A DNA stretch of 63,706 nucleotides, filler included, from Chiloscyllium plagiosum (Eukaryota), in assembly GCF_004010195.1 (NCBI RefSeq). It is 4 parts of one record of this genome, joined end to end, with 100 filler letters (N's around TTAATTAATTAA, not from the genome) between each part and the next. Parts side by side here need not be neighbours in the genome. Positions count along the whole stretch, not along the records: positions 28,636 to 56,516 come from NC_057717.1; 3 more parts are not named here. One strand, written 5' to 3'. The stretch's first letter is position 1; each line of letters opens with the position of its first letter. Positions 40,525 through 52,255 of the stretch are shown piece after piece. Made by a program: the position numbers and the translations under genes. The notes beneath the pieces are model-generated. The model was not told the DNA's origin, searched no databases, and was given only the letters and a program-made list of their open reading frames with translations.

Positions 40525-41960
40525 CATAGAGTTATACAGCATGAAAACAGGCCCATCAGTCCAACCAATCCATGCTGAACATACTGCCAAACTAATCTAG
40601 TCCCATCTGCCTCCTCCTGTACCCGTTGAGTGGTTATAATGCCCTTGTAGTTTTATTACTGTGCTGTTAATCCAAAACAACCTGGTAATATTTTGGGGAC
40701 AAAGGGTTCAGGTCCTGGTGTGACAGATAGTGGAGTTTGAATTCAATACGCATCTGGAATTGAATAGTCTCGTGATGACCTGAATCAGTTGTGTGGAATA
40801 CCCTATCTGATTCACTCATGTCAGTTCGGGAAGCAAACTGTCATATTCACCTGCTCTGCCTGACAGGAGACTCCAGATGGATAATATCGTGGTTGAATCT
40901 TAAATGTCCTCTGGGAAATAACTGATGTACTAGGCATGCATAAATTTATTTTAAAAATCCCACTTTCCCATTCATGTTTGGAATCAATTGTCCTTTAAGT
41001 GTTGCAAACGTACCCTCATCCATCACTTCCTCAGCAAGTTAACTGCACACGTAAAACACCTTCCCGAAAAAAACCCTCACATGACTTTTTAAAAAAAAAT
41101 CTCTCTCTTTTCATCTTAAGCATATGCCCTCTCGCCTTGAAATCCCCATCCTGGGAAAAGGCAGCTATCGTTAACTCTAACTTGCCTCTCAATAATTCAT
41201 AAACTTCTGTCAGGTCGCCACTCAAACCCCTAACCTCGAGTGAAGCCAGTCTCAACTCGGAGAAAGTGAGAACTGCAAATGAGAGATCAGAGTCGAGAGT
41301 GTTGTGCTGGGAAAGCACAGCAGGTAAGGCACTACCTGAGGAGCAGGAGAATCGACGTTTCAGGGAAGAGCCTGATGAACGACACTTGTGCGAAAAAAAA
41401 TGATTCTCCCGCTCCTCGGATTCTGTGTTCCCTGATGTGGTTTTCCAACACCCCAATCTCGAATCTGAAAATAGTCTCAGCCTATCCAGCCTTCCATTAT
41501 AACTCAAACCTGCAACACACAGCAACATGCGTGTATACCTTTTCTGAACCTGCTCCAGCTGAATAATATCATTCCTACAACTGGGCGACCGGAACTGGAC
41601 ATAATATTCCAGAAGAGGCCTCATCAATGTCCTGCAAAATTTCAACATAACGTCCCAACTAGTATACACAAAGGACTGAGCAATGAAGGGAAGTGTGTCA
41701 AATACCTTTGAACCACCTTGTCTGTAGCAAATGCAAACTATAAGGAATTATGTACCTGCACACCGAGCTTCCATGTTCTCCAACATGCGCAAAGCCATAT
41801 TCTTTTTGTTGTACCAAAATGCAATACCTGCCATTTATTCAGATTGAACTCCATGTTACATTTTTAAGTCCAACGACTTATTGGATTAAGATCCTTTTGA
41901 AACTTAAATAAACTTCCTCACTGTCTACAATTCTGGTGTCGCCTGCAAACCTATGAAGCA
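40525..41960 (-). mobile_element. CR1 LINE 3' portion interrupted by a SINE (~40625-40950) and a Penelope-derived inverted element (41262-41467)
   Basis: SWDVMLKFCRTLMRPLLEYYVQFRSP and GDLTEVYELL...FKARGH on minus strand; tail CATAGAGTTATACAGCATG. Confidence 0.85.
41262..41467. mobile_element. Inverted pair of Penelope-like pLTR ends joined at the hammerhead core
   Basis: Left arm ...GAGCAGGAGAATCGACGTTTC, right arm CCTGATGA...GATTCTCCCGCTCCTCGGA...TTTTCCAACAC; flanked by AGTCTCA(A/G)C. Confidence 0.7.
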
Positions 41961-42564
41961 TGCCTGCAGTGAGTCCCACTGTTTTCTCATATAGATCAAT
42001 GATTCATATTTACTTGTAGCGGCCGTGAATTAGCAGTGTGCAGATCATACAATTAACCATGAGGAAGAAAGCCGCAGACTGCTGGGAGATATCAAACAAT
42101 TGGGAATAAAAATGGTGAAAGCAATTCATTCCAGGGAACTGGGTGATAGTGAGGCAAAATTAAACTTCAAACCAGCTGCCCACGCTCCAGTTGTGGCACT
42201 CAGCTGTCTCAGCAAGATGTACTGTAGATTGCTGTTATTATAAACGGGAACACATTTTCCCTTCTGCCCCGCCTTTGACCAGGAGCACTCACAATCTCGG
42301 ATTTCCTTGGGCCTCTAAACCATCATAGAAATACCATGCATTCTCCGGTTGTGTCACTTGAGCCCTCGAGTATCTCTGCGAACTCATTCCCATCTCGATT
42401 TCAAGTTGGATCTTCGCGACTGCGCCAATCAGTTCCTCTGATTCTGGGGCTAGGAACTGGGACTATGTCGCAGCAGTGGTTACTGCCTTGTGGGGGAAAC
42501 TCGTGAAGTATCCGATGTTAAACTGCATTGCTATTAAAGCATACATTTCAACAAAAGCTTGGTA

Positions 42565-43232
42565 AAAGCAATGACTGCAGATGCTGGAAACCAGATTCTG
42601 GATCAGTGGTGCTGGAAGAGCACAATAGTTCAGGCAGCATCCGAGGAGCAGTAAAATCTACGTTTCGGGCAAAAGCTCTTCATCAGGAATAAAGGCAGAG
42701 AGCCTGAAGGGTGGAGAGATAAGTGAGAGGAGGGTGGGGGTGGGAAGAAAGTAGCATAGAGTACAATAGTTGAGTGGGGGAGGTGATGAAGGTGATCGGT
42801 CGGGGGTGAGGCTGAAATGGATAGGTGGAAAAGAAGATAGGCAGGTAGGACAAGTCAGGGCAAGTCATGGGAACAGGGCTGAGCTGGAAGTTTGGAACTG
42901 GGGTGGGATGGGGGGAGGGACCATGAGGAAACTGTTGCAGTCCACATTGATGCCGTGGGGTTGAAGTGTTCTGAGGCGGAAGATGAGGCGTTCTTCCTGC
43001 AGGCGTCTGGTGGTGAAGGAGCGACGGTGAAGGACACCCAGGACCTCTATGTCTTTGGCAGAGTGGGAGGGGGAGTTGAAATGTTGGGCCACAGTGCGGT
43101 GTGGTGGATTGGTGCGGGTGTCCCAGAGATGTTCCCTAAAGTGCTCTGCTAGGAGGTGTCCAGTCTCCCCAATGTAGAGGAGACCGCACTGGGAGCAACG
43201 GATACCATAAATGATATTGATGGTTGTGCAGG
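42565..43232 (-). mobile_element. 5'-truncated Penelope-like element (GIY-YIG end + pLTR with hammerhead at 42655-42690)
   Basis: AQHFNSPSHSAKDIEVLG...EERLIFRLRTLQPHGINVD; ATTC-CTGATGA-AGAGCTTTTGCCC-GAAAC-GTA-GATT. Confidence 0.92.
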
Positions 43233-43481
43233 TAACAAAAGCTGCACTGTCCCCGGAGTCTTTAATGTTTTGGAGAAATCTATTTATCTAAGCCTTCAGC
43301 ACATTAACGATGGAATCACCAGAACCTCTGTAGGCACCGATGTTAAACCGTCAGCCCATTCTGAGTTCCCATATATCTGCCACTGTTCGCTAAGCACTGA
43401 TATTTTGCATTTGGTGCTCTACCTAGCATTTCTAATGATACTTTACTTATTGCTAGTGGTTTGTGTGTCCGTCGGTGGGTT

Positions 43482-43553
43482 GCCGTGATCGTCTAGTGGT
43501 TAGTACTCTGTGTTGTGGCCGCAGCAACCTCGGTTTGAATCCGAGTCACGACA
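43482..43553 (+). tRNA. tRNA-His(GTG), probably a recent pseudogene
   Basis: 68/72 identical to vertebrate tRNA-His; substitutions in D stem, anticodon stem, T-loop (TTCGA to TTTGA) and acceptor stem; TTTT about 25 nt downstream. Confidence 0.92.
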
Positions 43554-43769
43554 GTAATTGCTCTGTGTGTCCCAGTCTTTTGTGAAACACAAAGGAATCA
43601 GTTGTTTTAACATGGTGATTTTCTCCAAGGTTATTTTTTTCCCCTACAAGCTCTGCTCGGTCACATCTCTGTGCTTCATATGTCAGAATTCAAATCCACC
43701 CGTTGTCAGAGATTTCTTTCCTTCTCTGACCACTAACCGAACTTTCCGTCCCACACCTCCATTTCATGA

Positions 43770-43895
43770 ATTTGGAGATGCCGGTGTTGGACTATGGAGT
43801 ACAAAGTTAAATATCACCCAACACCAGGTTATGGTCTTACAGATTTAATTGAAGCACTAGCTTTCGGAGCGCTGCTCTTTCCTCATGTGTTTGTG
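43770..43895 (-). mobile_element. 3' end of a second Penelope-like family with decayed hammerhead
   Basis: Minus strand ...GAGCAGCGCTCCGAAAGCTAGTG...; related plus-strand remnant CACCTGAAGAAGGGG...AATAAACCTGTTGGAC at about 37059-37145. Confidence 0.55.
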
Positions 43896-45035
43896 GAGTC
43901 ATTTCCTATTTCACTAAGGCATTGCAGAATCTAATACAGACTCGCACATTGATACCGATCAGTCTGTGTGGCTGCGGTCATTGTTGCTGGGTGAACGTGC
44001 TCCAGCCCCATCATCGGGACCTGCAGACCATTTGCTCCATTTGGTTACCACTGTTGTGAGATCAATACTCATGTAGCAGCTTTTACCGACATGGACCAGA
44101 GATTATTGGTGGGGGGGGTCAAGTTCAGGAAAATGGCACAGGACAGTATCGGGGAAAAGGGACTTCATTGGATAAGATCAGTTTCACTGCTTTTCTGCAA
44201 TGGCCGAGCCCTATTACCACTAACCACTGAACTGTTAATTCAGACATCAGGGACCCGGGTTTGACTCCGACCATGCTAGGTGGTAGAATTGGGTTTCAGT
44301 AAATATCTGGAATTACGAATCTACTAACTCCTATGTATCCATTGTTTCAATTGTTGAAAAATCAAAACCATTTGACGTCCTTTAAGGAATGGAACTGCCA
44401 TTCTTACCTGCTCGGGCCTCCATGTGACTTCAGACTCACTACAATATGGTTGAGTCTCAACTGCCCGCTGTGCAATTAGGGATAGCAATAAATACTGCCG
44501 AACCAGCGACGCCCTCATACTGTAACAGAATAGAAAAAAAGTTAATTCGGCTATAGCTAGATCACTGTGTGCAATTCTGCAATTCACAGTACAGCATGGA
44601 TGTGATCGCACTGGGAACGTTGCAGTAGAGATTCACTGGGATATTGTCTGGGCTGAAGAGTTTCAGTTATGAGGAGAGATTGGACAGACTGGGGTAGTTT
44701 GTCACCGAGCAGAGGAGATTGGAGAAGACATGACTGAGATGTACAAAATGCTGAGGGATATGGATAGGATAGGCTGAAAGAAGCGTTTCTTATTGATGGA
44801 GAGATCGAACACTGGGGCAAAGAGATTTCGGAAAAAGGTAGAAAGGTTAGAGTAGATATGCGGAAAGGGTCAGAGAGGCGGGAATAGTTCTAACCTTAAA
44901 AAAAAAGGATGTTAATTTGTGATGCCAAAACATATAAGACTATGGGCTAAACGATGGAAAACTTGATTCAGGTGGTTAAGCAGTTGCGTTGGACAAGTGC
45001 GGCCACAACAGGCTGAAGGGCTTCCTTCGATGTTG

Positions 45036-45096
45036 TCCTCCACAGTATCGTGGTGCGTGTCCCCTCTTGTCACAGAGCTCAATTCTCCGCTGGGAG
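45036..45096 (+). pseudogene. tRNA-Asp(GTC) remnant with internal deletion
   Basis: TCCTCCACAGTATCGTGGTGCGTGTCCCCTCTTGTCAC[del]AGAGCTCAATTCTCCGCTGGGAG vs tRNA-Asp TCCTCGTTAGTATAGTGGTGAGTATCCCCGCCTGTCAC...GGGGTTCGATTCCCCGACGGGGAG. Confidence 0.75.
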
Positions 45097-46894
45097 CATC
45101 GTAAAGGGTTTAATCCTGTGGCTCTGTCCCAGTGAAGATTATTCATGCTTGGCCTTCCATTCTCGATTGGATATGTCACAGCAAGGACAGTGCTGTCTGA
45201 ATCAGCTGGGGAAGGACTGCAGCTCCTGAGGAGAGAGAGTGTCAGTGAAAGTGGAATCACGGATCTTCAGCAATCTGCACATTGTGTTTGTGTTGGAATG
45301 AAAACCATTATATAGAGTTGTTCCTGACTGATGTGTTTATTTAAAGGATGAATCTGAGGAAGAAAACAGAGTAAACCCATTCAGATCTGAGTGCAGAAAT
45401 ATGTCCAGCAACACTAATGAGGTTGTACAGCGTAGAACCGCGTTTGGATGCATTGATAACAGGTTGGTGGGCGCAGCTTGCTTTCACGAGGCGGAGTTAC
45501 CAGTGTGTAAAGCCATTACACATGATACAGATCGTTTTCAATGTGATGGTACATTTGCTCAGTGGTTCGCACTGCTGTTAAGTCTGTAGATTAGGTGGAT
45601 TGGCCATGTTAAATTGTGATGATGTGGCCAGGGAGTGAATTCAGTATGTTAAGTGAATTAGCCATGGGTAACGCAGTGATAAGGTCAGCAGTCACATGAT
45701 GCCAGGTTTTATTCCAAAGGGTTTATTTGAAATCACAAGCCAGACACCTACGGGGATAGAGAAGGGAGCTCGGTCTGATTGAGGTGCTGTTCAGAATGTC
45801 CCTACAGACTCGATTGGCTGAACTGTACTTTCTGCATTGTTGGGAATCTGTGATTCTATCAGAGAGGACATTGCCAGTGTTTATTCGGGTGCTAAGACAT
45901 TAGAGGCGATGCTAACGGCGTTTAGCGGGGATGGAATTTTATTTATTTGTGTGTTGGAAAATTTGAAACTGAACCAAGTCAAACCGAATGGCGGAGTATT
46001 TGAGGTTTGGAGAGAGTAAATAAGTGGTAAATTCACTCATTCAAGTTCGTAAATTTCGGAACGTCAGGCTTTCAAAACCATCGATGTAGGACAAAGAAAT
46101 GATGGGAGCAGAATTTCTGTCACTCAGAGAATCCGTTTCCAAAATATTTGGAAAGGCACATTTAGAGTCACACAAGCAGTGTGTTTCACCAGGAGAGAAA
46201 CAGCCTGTGGCCAGGTAAAAGTGTAAAAGTGGTGTGTGGTGGGGGGGGGGGGGTAGAAGATTCGAGGAAACAATGTCTAATTTGGATGACTTCAGATGCA
46301 AAGAAATATCGGAAACGTATGCAGCTGAGTCGGATTCAACAAAAAAACTCAGAGTTTTGAAAGATTTCTATTCATATTCCACATAAAGCATTATAAATGG
46401 AACTGAGCAGATTTTGCATATTGTCAAGGAAAGCTATTCCATAATGAACAGGAAATGACCCGTCTCTTAGAGATCGATTTCCTGCTTTAATCCCATGGCT
46501 TAAAGATGGGAGGACAATCGCCATGATATTGGGTTCATTTGATACCCAATGAAATCTGCCAAAGTAACTGAGACTCAAAACTGGCAGCTTGTTTTGTAGT
46601 TTAACCTTCTGTTTTTCTAATAAGTATTTTCTTTAAGCTGAAATAAACTCGGATCAAAATTGAATGCAACATTAAATGTTCCAATCATATAAATCCAATT
46701 CACTTCCGATTATCGCAATGAACAGAGTGAAGTTGCAGCAAAATTAATAAAATGAAACGAACTACACTGCATTTCTGGGAATTTTATCCACTTCAGGTTC
46801 AGCCAAACGAAAAAGCCCATCGAACTAAAACATCACCTTCACTTCTCTCTCCATATACACTTCTTCACGTGACAGAGAAACTGTCTGACGAAAT

Positions 46895-47173
46895 TATAGA
46901 ACATAGAACATAGAAGAATACAGCGCAGTAGAGGCCCTTCGGCCCTCGATGTTGTGCCGATCCAAGCCCACCTAACCTACACTAGCCCACTATCCTCCAT
47001 ATGCCTATCCAATGCCCGCTTAAATGCCCATAATGAGGGAGAGTCCACCACTGCTACTGGCAGGGCATTCCATAAACTCACGACTCGCTGAGTAAAGAAC
47101 CTACCCCTAACATCTGTCCTATACCTACCCCCCTATACCTGCCAGTAGCAGTGGTGGACTCTCCCTCATTATG
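46895..47173 (-). mobile_element. Young short CR1 3' fragment with an inverted 36-bp duplication at its 5' junction
   Basis: (ATAGAAC)n tail at 46896; 47138-47173 is the exact reverse complement of 47029-47064. Confidence 0.85.
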
Positions 47174-47293
47174 CGTCAAGACTAAATGTGTGTGTGAATG
47201 TGACTGGATTTTCATGTTTGCTGGTTCATTCTGAGACAGTTCCGACTCGGAATAAATCAAGGACAAGGTATTCCTTCAAAGGACGTGGTCAAT

Positions 47294-47368
47294 TCCTTGG
47301 ATTTTGCTGGTATTATTATTCGCTGAAAGCAGAAACATAACGGTATGGATTCGATTCCGCTCAGGGAA
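47294..47368 (+). pseudogene. Possible tRNA-Glu remnant (only the 3' end is recognisable)
   Basis: GGATTCGATTCCGCTCAGGGAA vs tRNA-Glu GGGTTCGATTCCCGGTCAGGGAA. Confidence 0.35.
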
Positions 47369-47434
47369 TTTCTTATCCCCTCGGTGCACCATACGTAATC
47401 TTGATGTGGTCAAATGTGAGCGCCTTTGCCATGG

Positions 47435-47511
47435 GCTGATTTGGCCCAGAGGTGAAGGCGACGGGTTGCTCTTCCATTGCGCATGTGTGGATTTGAATCC
47501 TTCTCTGGCTG
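47435..47511 (+). pseudogene. tRNA-Ser(GCT) remnant
   Basis: TGGCCCAGAGGTGAAGGCGACGGGTTGCTCTTCCATTG..GCATGTGTGGATTTGAATCC vs TGGCCGAGTGGTTAAGGCGATGGACTGCTAATCCATTG..GCACGCGTGGGTTCGAATCC. Confidence 0.75.
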
Positions 47512-49189
47512 TTACTTCCACCATAAGCAGCTGTGGTGTTCCTTTGTGCCTCGTATCTTTAGGATACTTTGGATGGAGAATCTTGCTCTTGCCCTTCTTT
47601 GCACCGGAGATTTGTGATAAACCGATACCTCATCAAAGTTGTAATTAGCAATTTATTTCTGTTGAAAGTTGAATTGGGATAATGAAAAGGAGGGCAACGT
47701 TTCTTTCCTCCTTTCATTCCATCTTGACTTTCTTTTAATTTACATCGAAGGAAAGGGGAACAAATAAGGAGAGATCGGGTGCAATAGTTTATCCAGTGGG
47801 ATTATGATTTTTAATCTCACACTCCACACAAAGTTCTGATCAGTATTTTAAACAGTCAATTGAATTGGAACCGCAGAAAACGTTTCCAATGAAACGAATC
47901 ATTCATTCTTTGACAACCTTTTGTTGTGTGAATCATACCGCGATCCATCATCCAGCGTGATCACCAAGTTGGCAACAACATAAGATCCACGAATTTTCTT
48001 TAGCAATCACAGCGTCTGCTCATACCCATTTGTGGTGTGCCTAGTGCCTTTTATGCCTCCAAGCCACAGCACATTTCTTGTTCATCAGTTTATGAGCCTA
48101 GTTCCTGATCTGTCTGATCAGTTTGAGAAACCTTTTCTATCACTTCATCCCATCCCCTCAGATTTCTAAACTTATCAATAAAATACTGATCTGATAATCT
48201 TCACCTCCATTCTCCTGCCTAACCTCGATAATGCTTCATCGACTTTCTGGTTAAATATCTGTCTGGCACAGTTTGAAATTACACAACAAATCAGCCTCAA
48301 CAACAGTTTCAGGAAAGAGTTCCACAGAATCACTGGATCCTGAGCAAAGTAATTCCTCCCCATTTCTGAATTAAATAGGCAATACCTCATTCTGAGTTCA
48401 TGTCCTCTGGTGCTTTCCTCATACCAGAGGGCAGACCACCTGACCGTATCTACCCTGTCAAGATCCCACGAATATTGAACGTTTATAATTGTTATTATGT
48501 GATCATAGAGCTCCATTTTATACAGGGTTGGCACCATGTTTGCAAATCTCTGATGTCCCTTATACCGTCCTTACATATTATTAAGGCAGGTGGAGAAATT
48601 TGTGTGAGGCAACGGTTGAAATTTCAAGCACAAACGAGAATTGGAACTTGAAATCAGCTAGCGATTGGAATCAGATTGGTCCACACAAGAACGAAATAGT
48701 GTAATTATAAATCTGACAAATGAGAGCCTTATCATATTCCATTCACAGTCAATGGTTTTACTGTAAGCTAATTCCCCTGTGTCATCGTCCACGGAGCTAG
48801 AATTTGGGAAAAATTGATTGAGACCGGCTATATAAACACTTTTACAACAAAAACATGTCCGTAGGTAGACAGTTTTGGATTGTAAACTCAACTCATTGCT
48901 CCGTGAATCCTACATCGTTTGCAAGGTACAAATGAGTTGTGGAACAGAACTCTCTCCATTTGCCGAGATGAGTGTGACTTCAACAACACTTAAGGAACTG
49001 GACACCATCCACGACAATGCAGTCACTTGATTGTATCCGATTCCATACCTGAAAATTTATTCCCTTCACCGTCGTTTAGCTATTCCCTACACTGGTGTTT
49101 GCTAAAGTTCTACTAGCTGCAACAGTCTGTGGTCAACAACAGAAAAATCCAAAATCCCTCTCAATCAACTTATTCCCCTCAAGATGAAA

Positions 49190-50340
49190 GTGGTGCTGGA
49201 GAAGCACAGCAGGTCCGTCAGCATCTGAAGAAAAATCAACGTTTCGGGCAAAAGACCTTCATCAGGAATGAGACAGGCAGCCTATGGGGTGGAGAGATAA
49301 ATGGGTGGCCGTGGGTCTGGGGAGAAGGTCACTGAGAGTGCAGTAGGTGGATAGAGGTGGGGGTTATCGGTGATATGTCAGAGAGGAAGGTGGAATGGAT
49401 AGGTGGGAATGGAAATACACAGTTGGGACAGGTCAGGAGGACGGTGCTGAGCTGGAAGGTTAGAACCGGGGTAAGATGAGGAGTAGGAATGAGGAAACTG
49501 ATGAAGTCCACATTGATGCCATGGCATTCAAGGGTCCCGAAGAAGAAGATGAGGCGTTCTTCCTCCAGGCATTGGGTAGTGAGTGAGTGGCGATGGAGGT
49601 GGCTCAGCACCTACATGTCTTCAGGAAAGTGGAAGGTGAAGTTGAAATGTTTGGCCATAGGGCAGTGGAGTTGATTCTTGCAGGTATACTGGAGATGTTC
49701 TCTGAAGTGCTCTGTCAGAAGAGATCCGGTCTCCCCAATTTAGAGGAGATACAACAAATTACATCTGTGGAAGTGATGGTGAACTTTTGATGGAAGTAGA
49801 AGGCTCCACTGGAGCCTTGGACAGAGGTGAGGGGTACGATGTGGCTGCAGGTTTTGCAATTCCTGCAGTGGCAGAAGAAGGTGCTGGGAGGGAATGGACA
49901 TGACTAGGTAGTCGCAGAGGGAAAGGTCTTTGAGGAAAACGAATGGGTTTGGGGAGGGAAATATATCCCTGGTGGTGGGGTCAATTTAGAAGTAGCGAAA
50001 ATGTCAGCGGATGATGTGATTTTTGTGGGGGTGGGTGGAATGGAAGTTGAGGACCTTCCTCTTTCATTGATCTGTCCCTGTTGTGTTTCGAGATATGGGG
50101 TTCATGGATGGACGTGCAGGACTTAGAAGAGATGCGTTAGAGGGCATCTTCAACCACATGGGAGGGGAAGCTCCGGTCTTTAAAGAAAAAGGCCATCTGT
50201 TGTGTTCTGTTGGGGAACTGGTCCTCTTGGAGCAGATACAGTAGAGGCGGAGGAGTTGGGAACACAGGATAACATTGGTGCAGGAGGTGCGGTGGGAGGA
50301 GTTGAAATCCAGATAGCTGTGGGCGTCAGTGGGTTTCTAA
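49190..50340 (-). mobile_element. Decayed Penelope-like element, minus-strand arm
   Basis: CLEEERLIFFFGTLECHGINVDF; hammerhead motif 49234-49269; homologous to 52210-53385. Confidence 0.9.
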
Positions 50341-50354
50341 AAAATATCAGTAAC

Positions 50355-51215
50355 ACTGACCTCCAGGGATATTTTTCACTCCCTATCCCTATCCACATTC
50401 CGCAAAGACCATTCCCTCCATGACTACCCAGTCAAGTCCCAGCCCTCCAATGACCCACGGTCCCCTCCTGGCACCTTCCTCTGCCACCACAAGAATTGTA
50501 AAACCTGCGCCCATACACCCCCACCTCTGCCCACTGCACCAAAGAAGCCTTCCACATCCATCAAAGATTCACCTGCACTTCCACACATGCCATTTATTGC
50601 ATCCGTTGTTCTCAATGCAGTTTCCTCGAGAGTGGAGCCACGGGACACCTTCTCGGAGATTGCTTCAGAGAACATCTCCAGGACACCGGCAACAATCAAC
50701 CCCAACGCCCCGTGACCGAACACTTCAACTCCCCCCGCCACTCTCCCGAGGACATACAGGTCCTTGGCCTCCTCCACCTGACGCCTCGAGGAAGAACGTC
50801 TCATCTTCTGCCTCATGACACTTAACCCCATTGCATCAATGTGGATTTCACCTGTTTCCTCATTTCCCCTCACCTCCCACCCTACCCTAGTTCCAACCTT
50901 CCAGCTTGGCAACGCCCTACTGACCTGTCCCACCTGTCTATCTTCCTTCCCACCTTATCCACTCCAACCTCTTCTCCGAACTAACACTATTAACCCCACC
51001 TCCATCCACCTATTGCTGTCTCAGCTACATTCTTCCAAACCCCACCCCACCCATTTATCTCCCCAACCTAGAGGCTCCAAGCCTTATTCCTGATGAAGGC
51101 CTTTTGCCCAAAACGTCATTTTGTGTCTGTAACTCAGATGCTGCCTGGCCTGCTGTGCTTCTTCAGCACCACTCAACTCTTGACTCTGATCTACAGCATC
51201 TACTGTACCCACTTC
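50355..51215 (+). mobile_element. Decayed Penelope-like element, inverted plus-strand arm
   Basis: Homologous to the 3' ~850 bp of the element; degenerate hammerhead ATTC-CTGATGA-AGGCCTTTTGCCC-AAAAC-GTC at 51086-51117. Confidence 0.9.
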
Positions 51216-51629
51216 CGACCAACTGATACCCCTGTCCATTGATCTTCAGCGATCATGAATGTCCATTCCAAGGTCTCTTTGTCTGTTTACACCACACATA
51301 ATACTCATTGCTGTTGTTTCTTCTCCCCAATTTCGTTTATATTCATTGGTCTGAATTCAATGCAATTCGCTATTTTTCCTTTCCGTCTTATTGATACATC
51401 CCTGCAGTCTCTGACATTCTTCGTCATAGTCAACTCCACGACCAATTGTTGAATCATCAGCAAACCACTGAATGATGGCTCCTACAACTAAGTCTAAATC
51501 ATTGGTCTACATCAAAAAAAGGTGGAACTCCACTGGAAACGTACATATTAACAATGTTCATTGCTGGTTGGGGTTAACAGCTGCGATAACAGCAGAATCG
51601 AACTCCTGCTATCATTTGTAAACTTGCTG

Positions 51630-51850
51630 TTCACTCTGTCAGTTATACTCCAGAGTGATTACTTCTCACATATGTGTGTGGTGAGTGGCCTGTGCGCATT
51701 CTGATTGAACAAGTGAGTTTACACCTCAGCGGGTAATTGAATCCCTTCCTGCATTCACCCCATGGCCCTGACTTCTTGGCGTTGCGGGTATGCTTTTGTC
51801 TATTTAGTTTGATAAATAATTGAATTCGAGTTCACACGATTCCCATTTCC
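51630..51850 (-). pseudogene. C2H2 zinc-finger gene remnant (inverted paralog of 34260-34530)
   Basis: CAGCGGGTAATTGAATCCCTTCCTGCA is the reverse complement of TGCAGGAAGGGATTCAATTACCCGCTG (CRKGFNYP). Confidence 0.7.
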
Positions 51851-51926
51851 CCCGTTGTCCATGTATTTTTATGCTTCCTTATTCTCCGACGAAAAGTTGT
51901 TATCATTGGTCAGAAGACCAATGGGT

Positions 51927-52198
51927 GGGCGGCACGGTGGCACAGTGGTTAGCACTGCCGCCTCACAGCGCCAGAGACCCGGGTTCAATTCCCGCCTCAG
52001 GCGACTGACTGTGTGGAGTTCGCACGTTCTCCCCGTGTCTGCGTGGGTTTCCTCCGGGTGCTCCGGTTTCCTCCCACCATCCAAAGATGTGCAGGGTCAG
52101 GTGAATTGGCCATACTAAATTGCCTGTAGTGTTAGGTAAGGGGTAAATGTAGGGGTATGGGTGGGTTTCGCTTCGGCGGGTCGGTGTGGACTTGTTGG
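51927..52198 (+). mobile_element. Young HE1-type SINE, 5' part (interrupted by Penelope-like insertion)
   Basis: Near-identical to 12845-13116; breaks after TGGACTTGTTGG. Confidence 0.95.
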
Positions 52199-52255
52199 TT
52201 GAAACTTTATTGCTGGAACAGCACAGCAGGTCAGGCAGCATCCAGGGAACAGGAG

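Larger units (their letters stand above)
42181..51850 (-). repeat. Old inverted segmental duplication, right arm (expanded by later insertions)
   Basis: See left arm 34260-39463. Confidence 0.82.

Noticed and set aside
40303..40578. Functional zinc-finger gene
   Set aside because: A stop and frameshift precede it, zinc-binding Cys/His residues are lost, and the frame runs into a CR1 tail.
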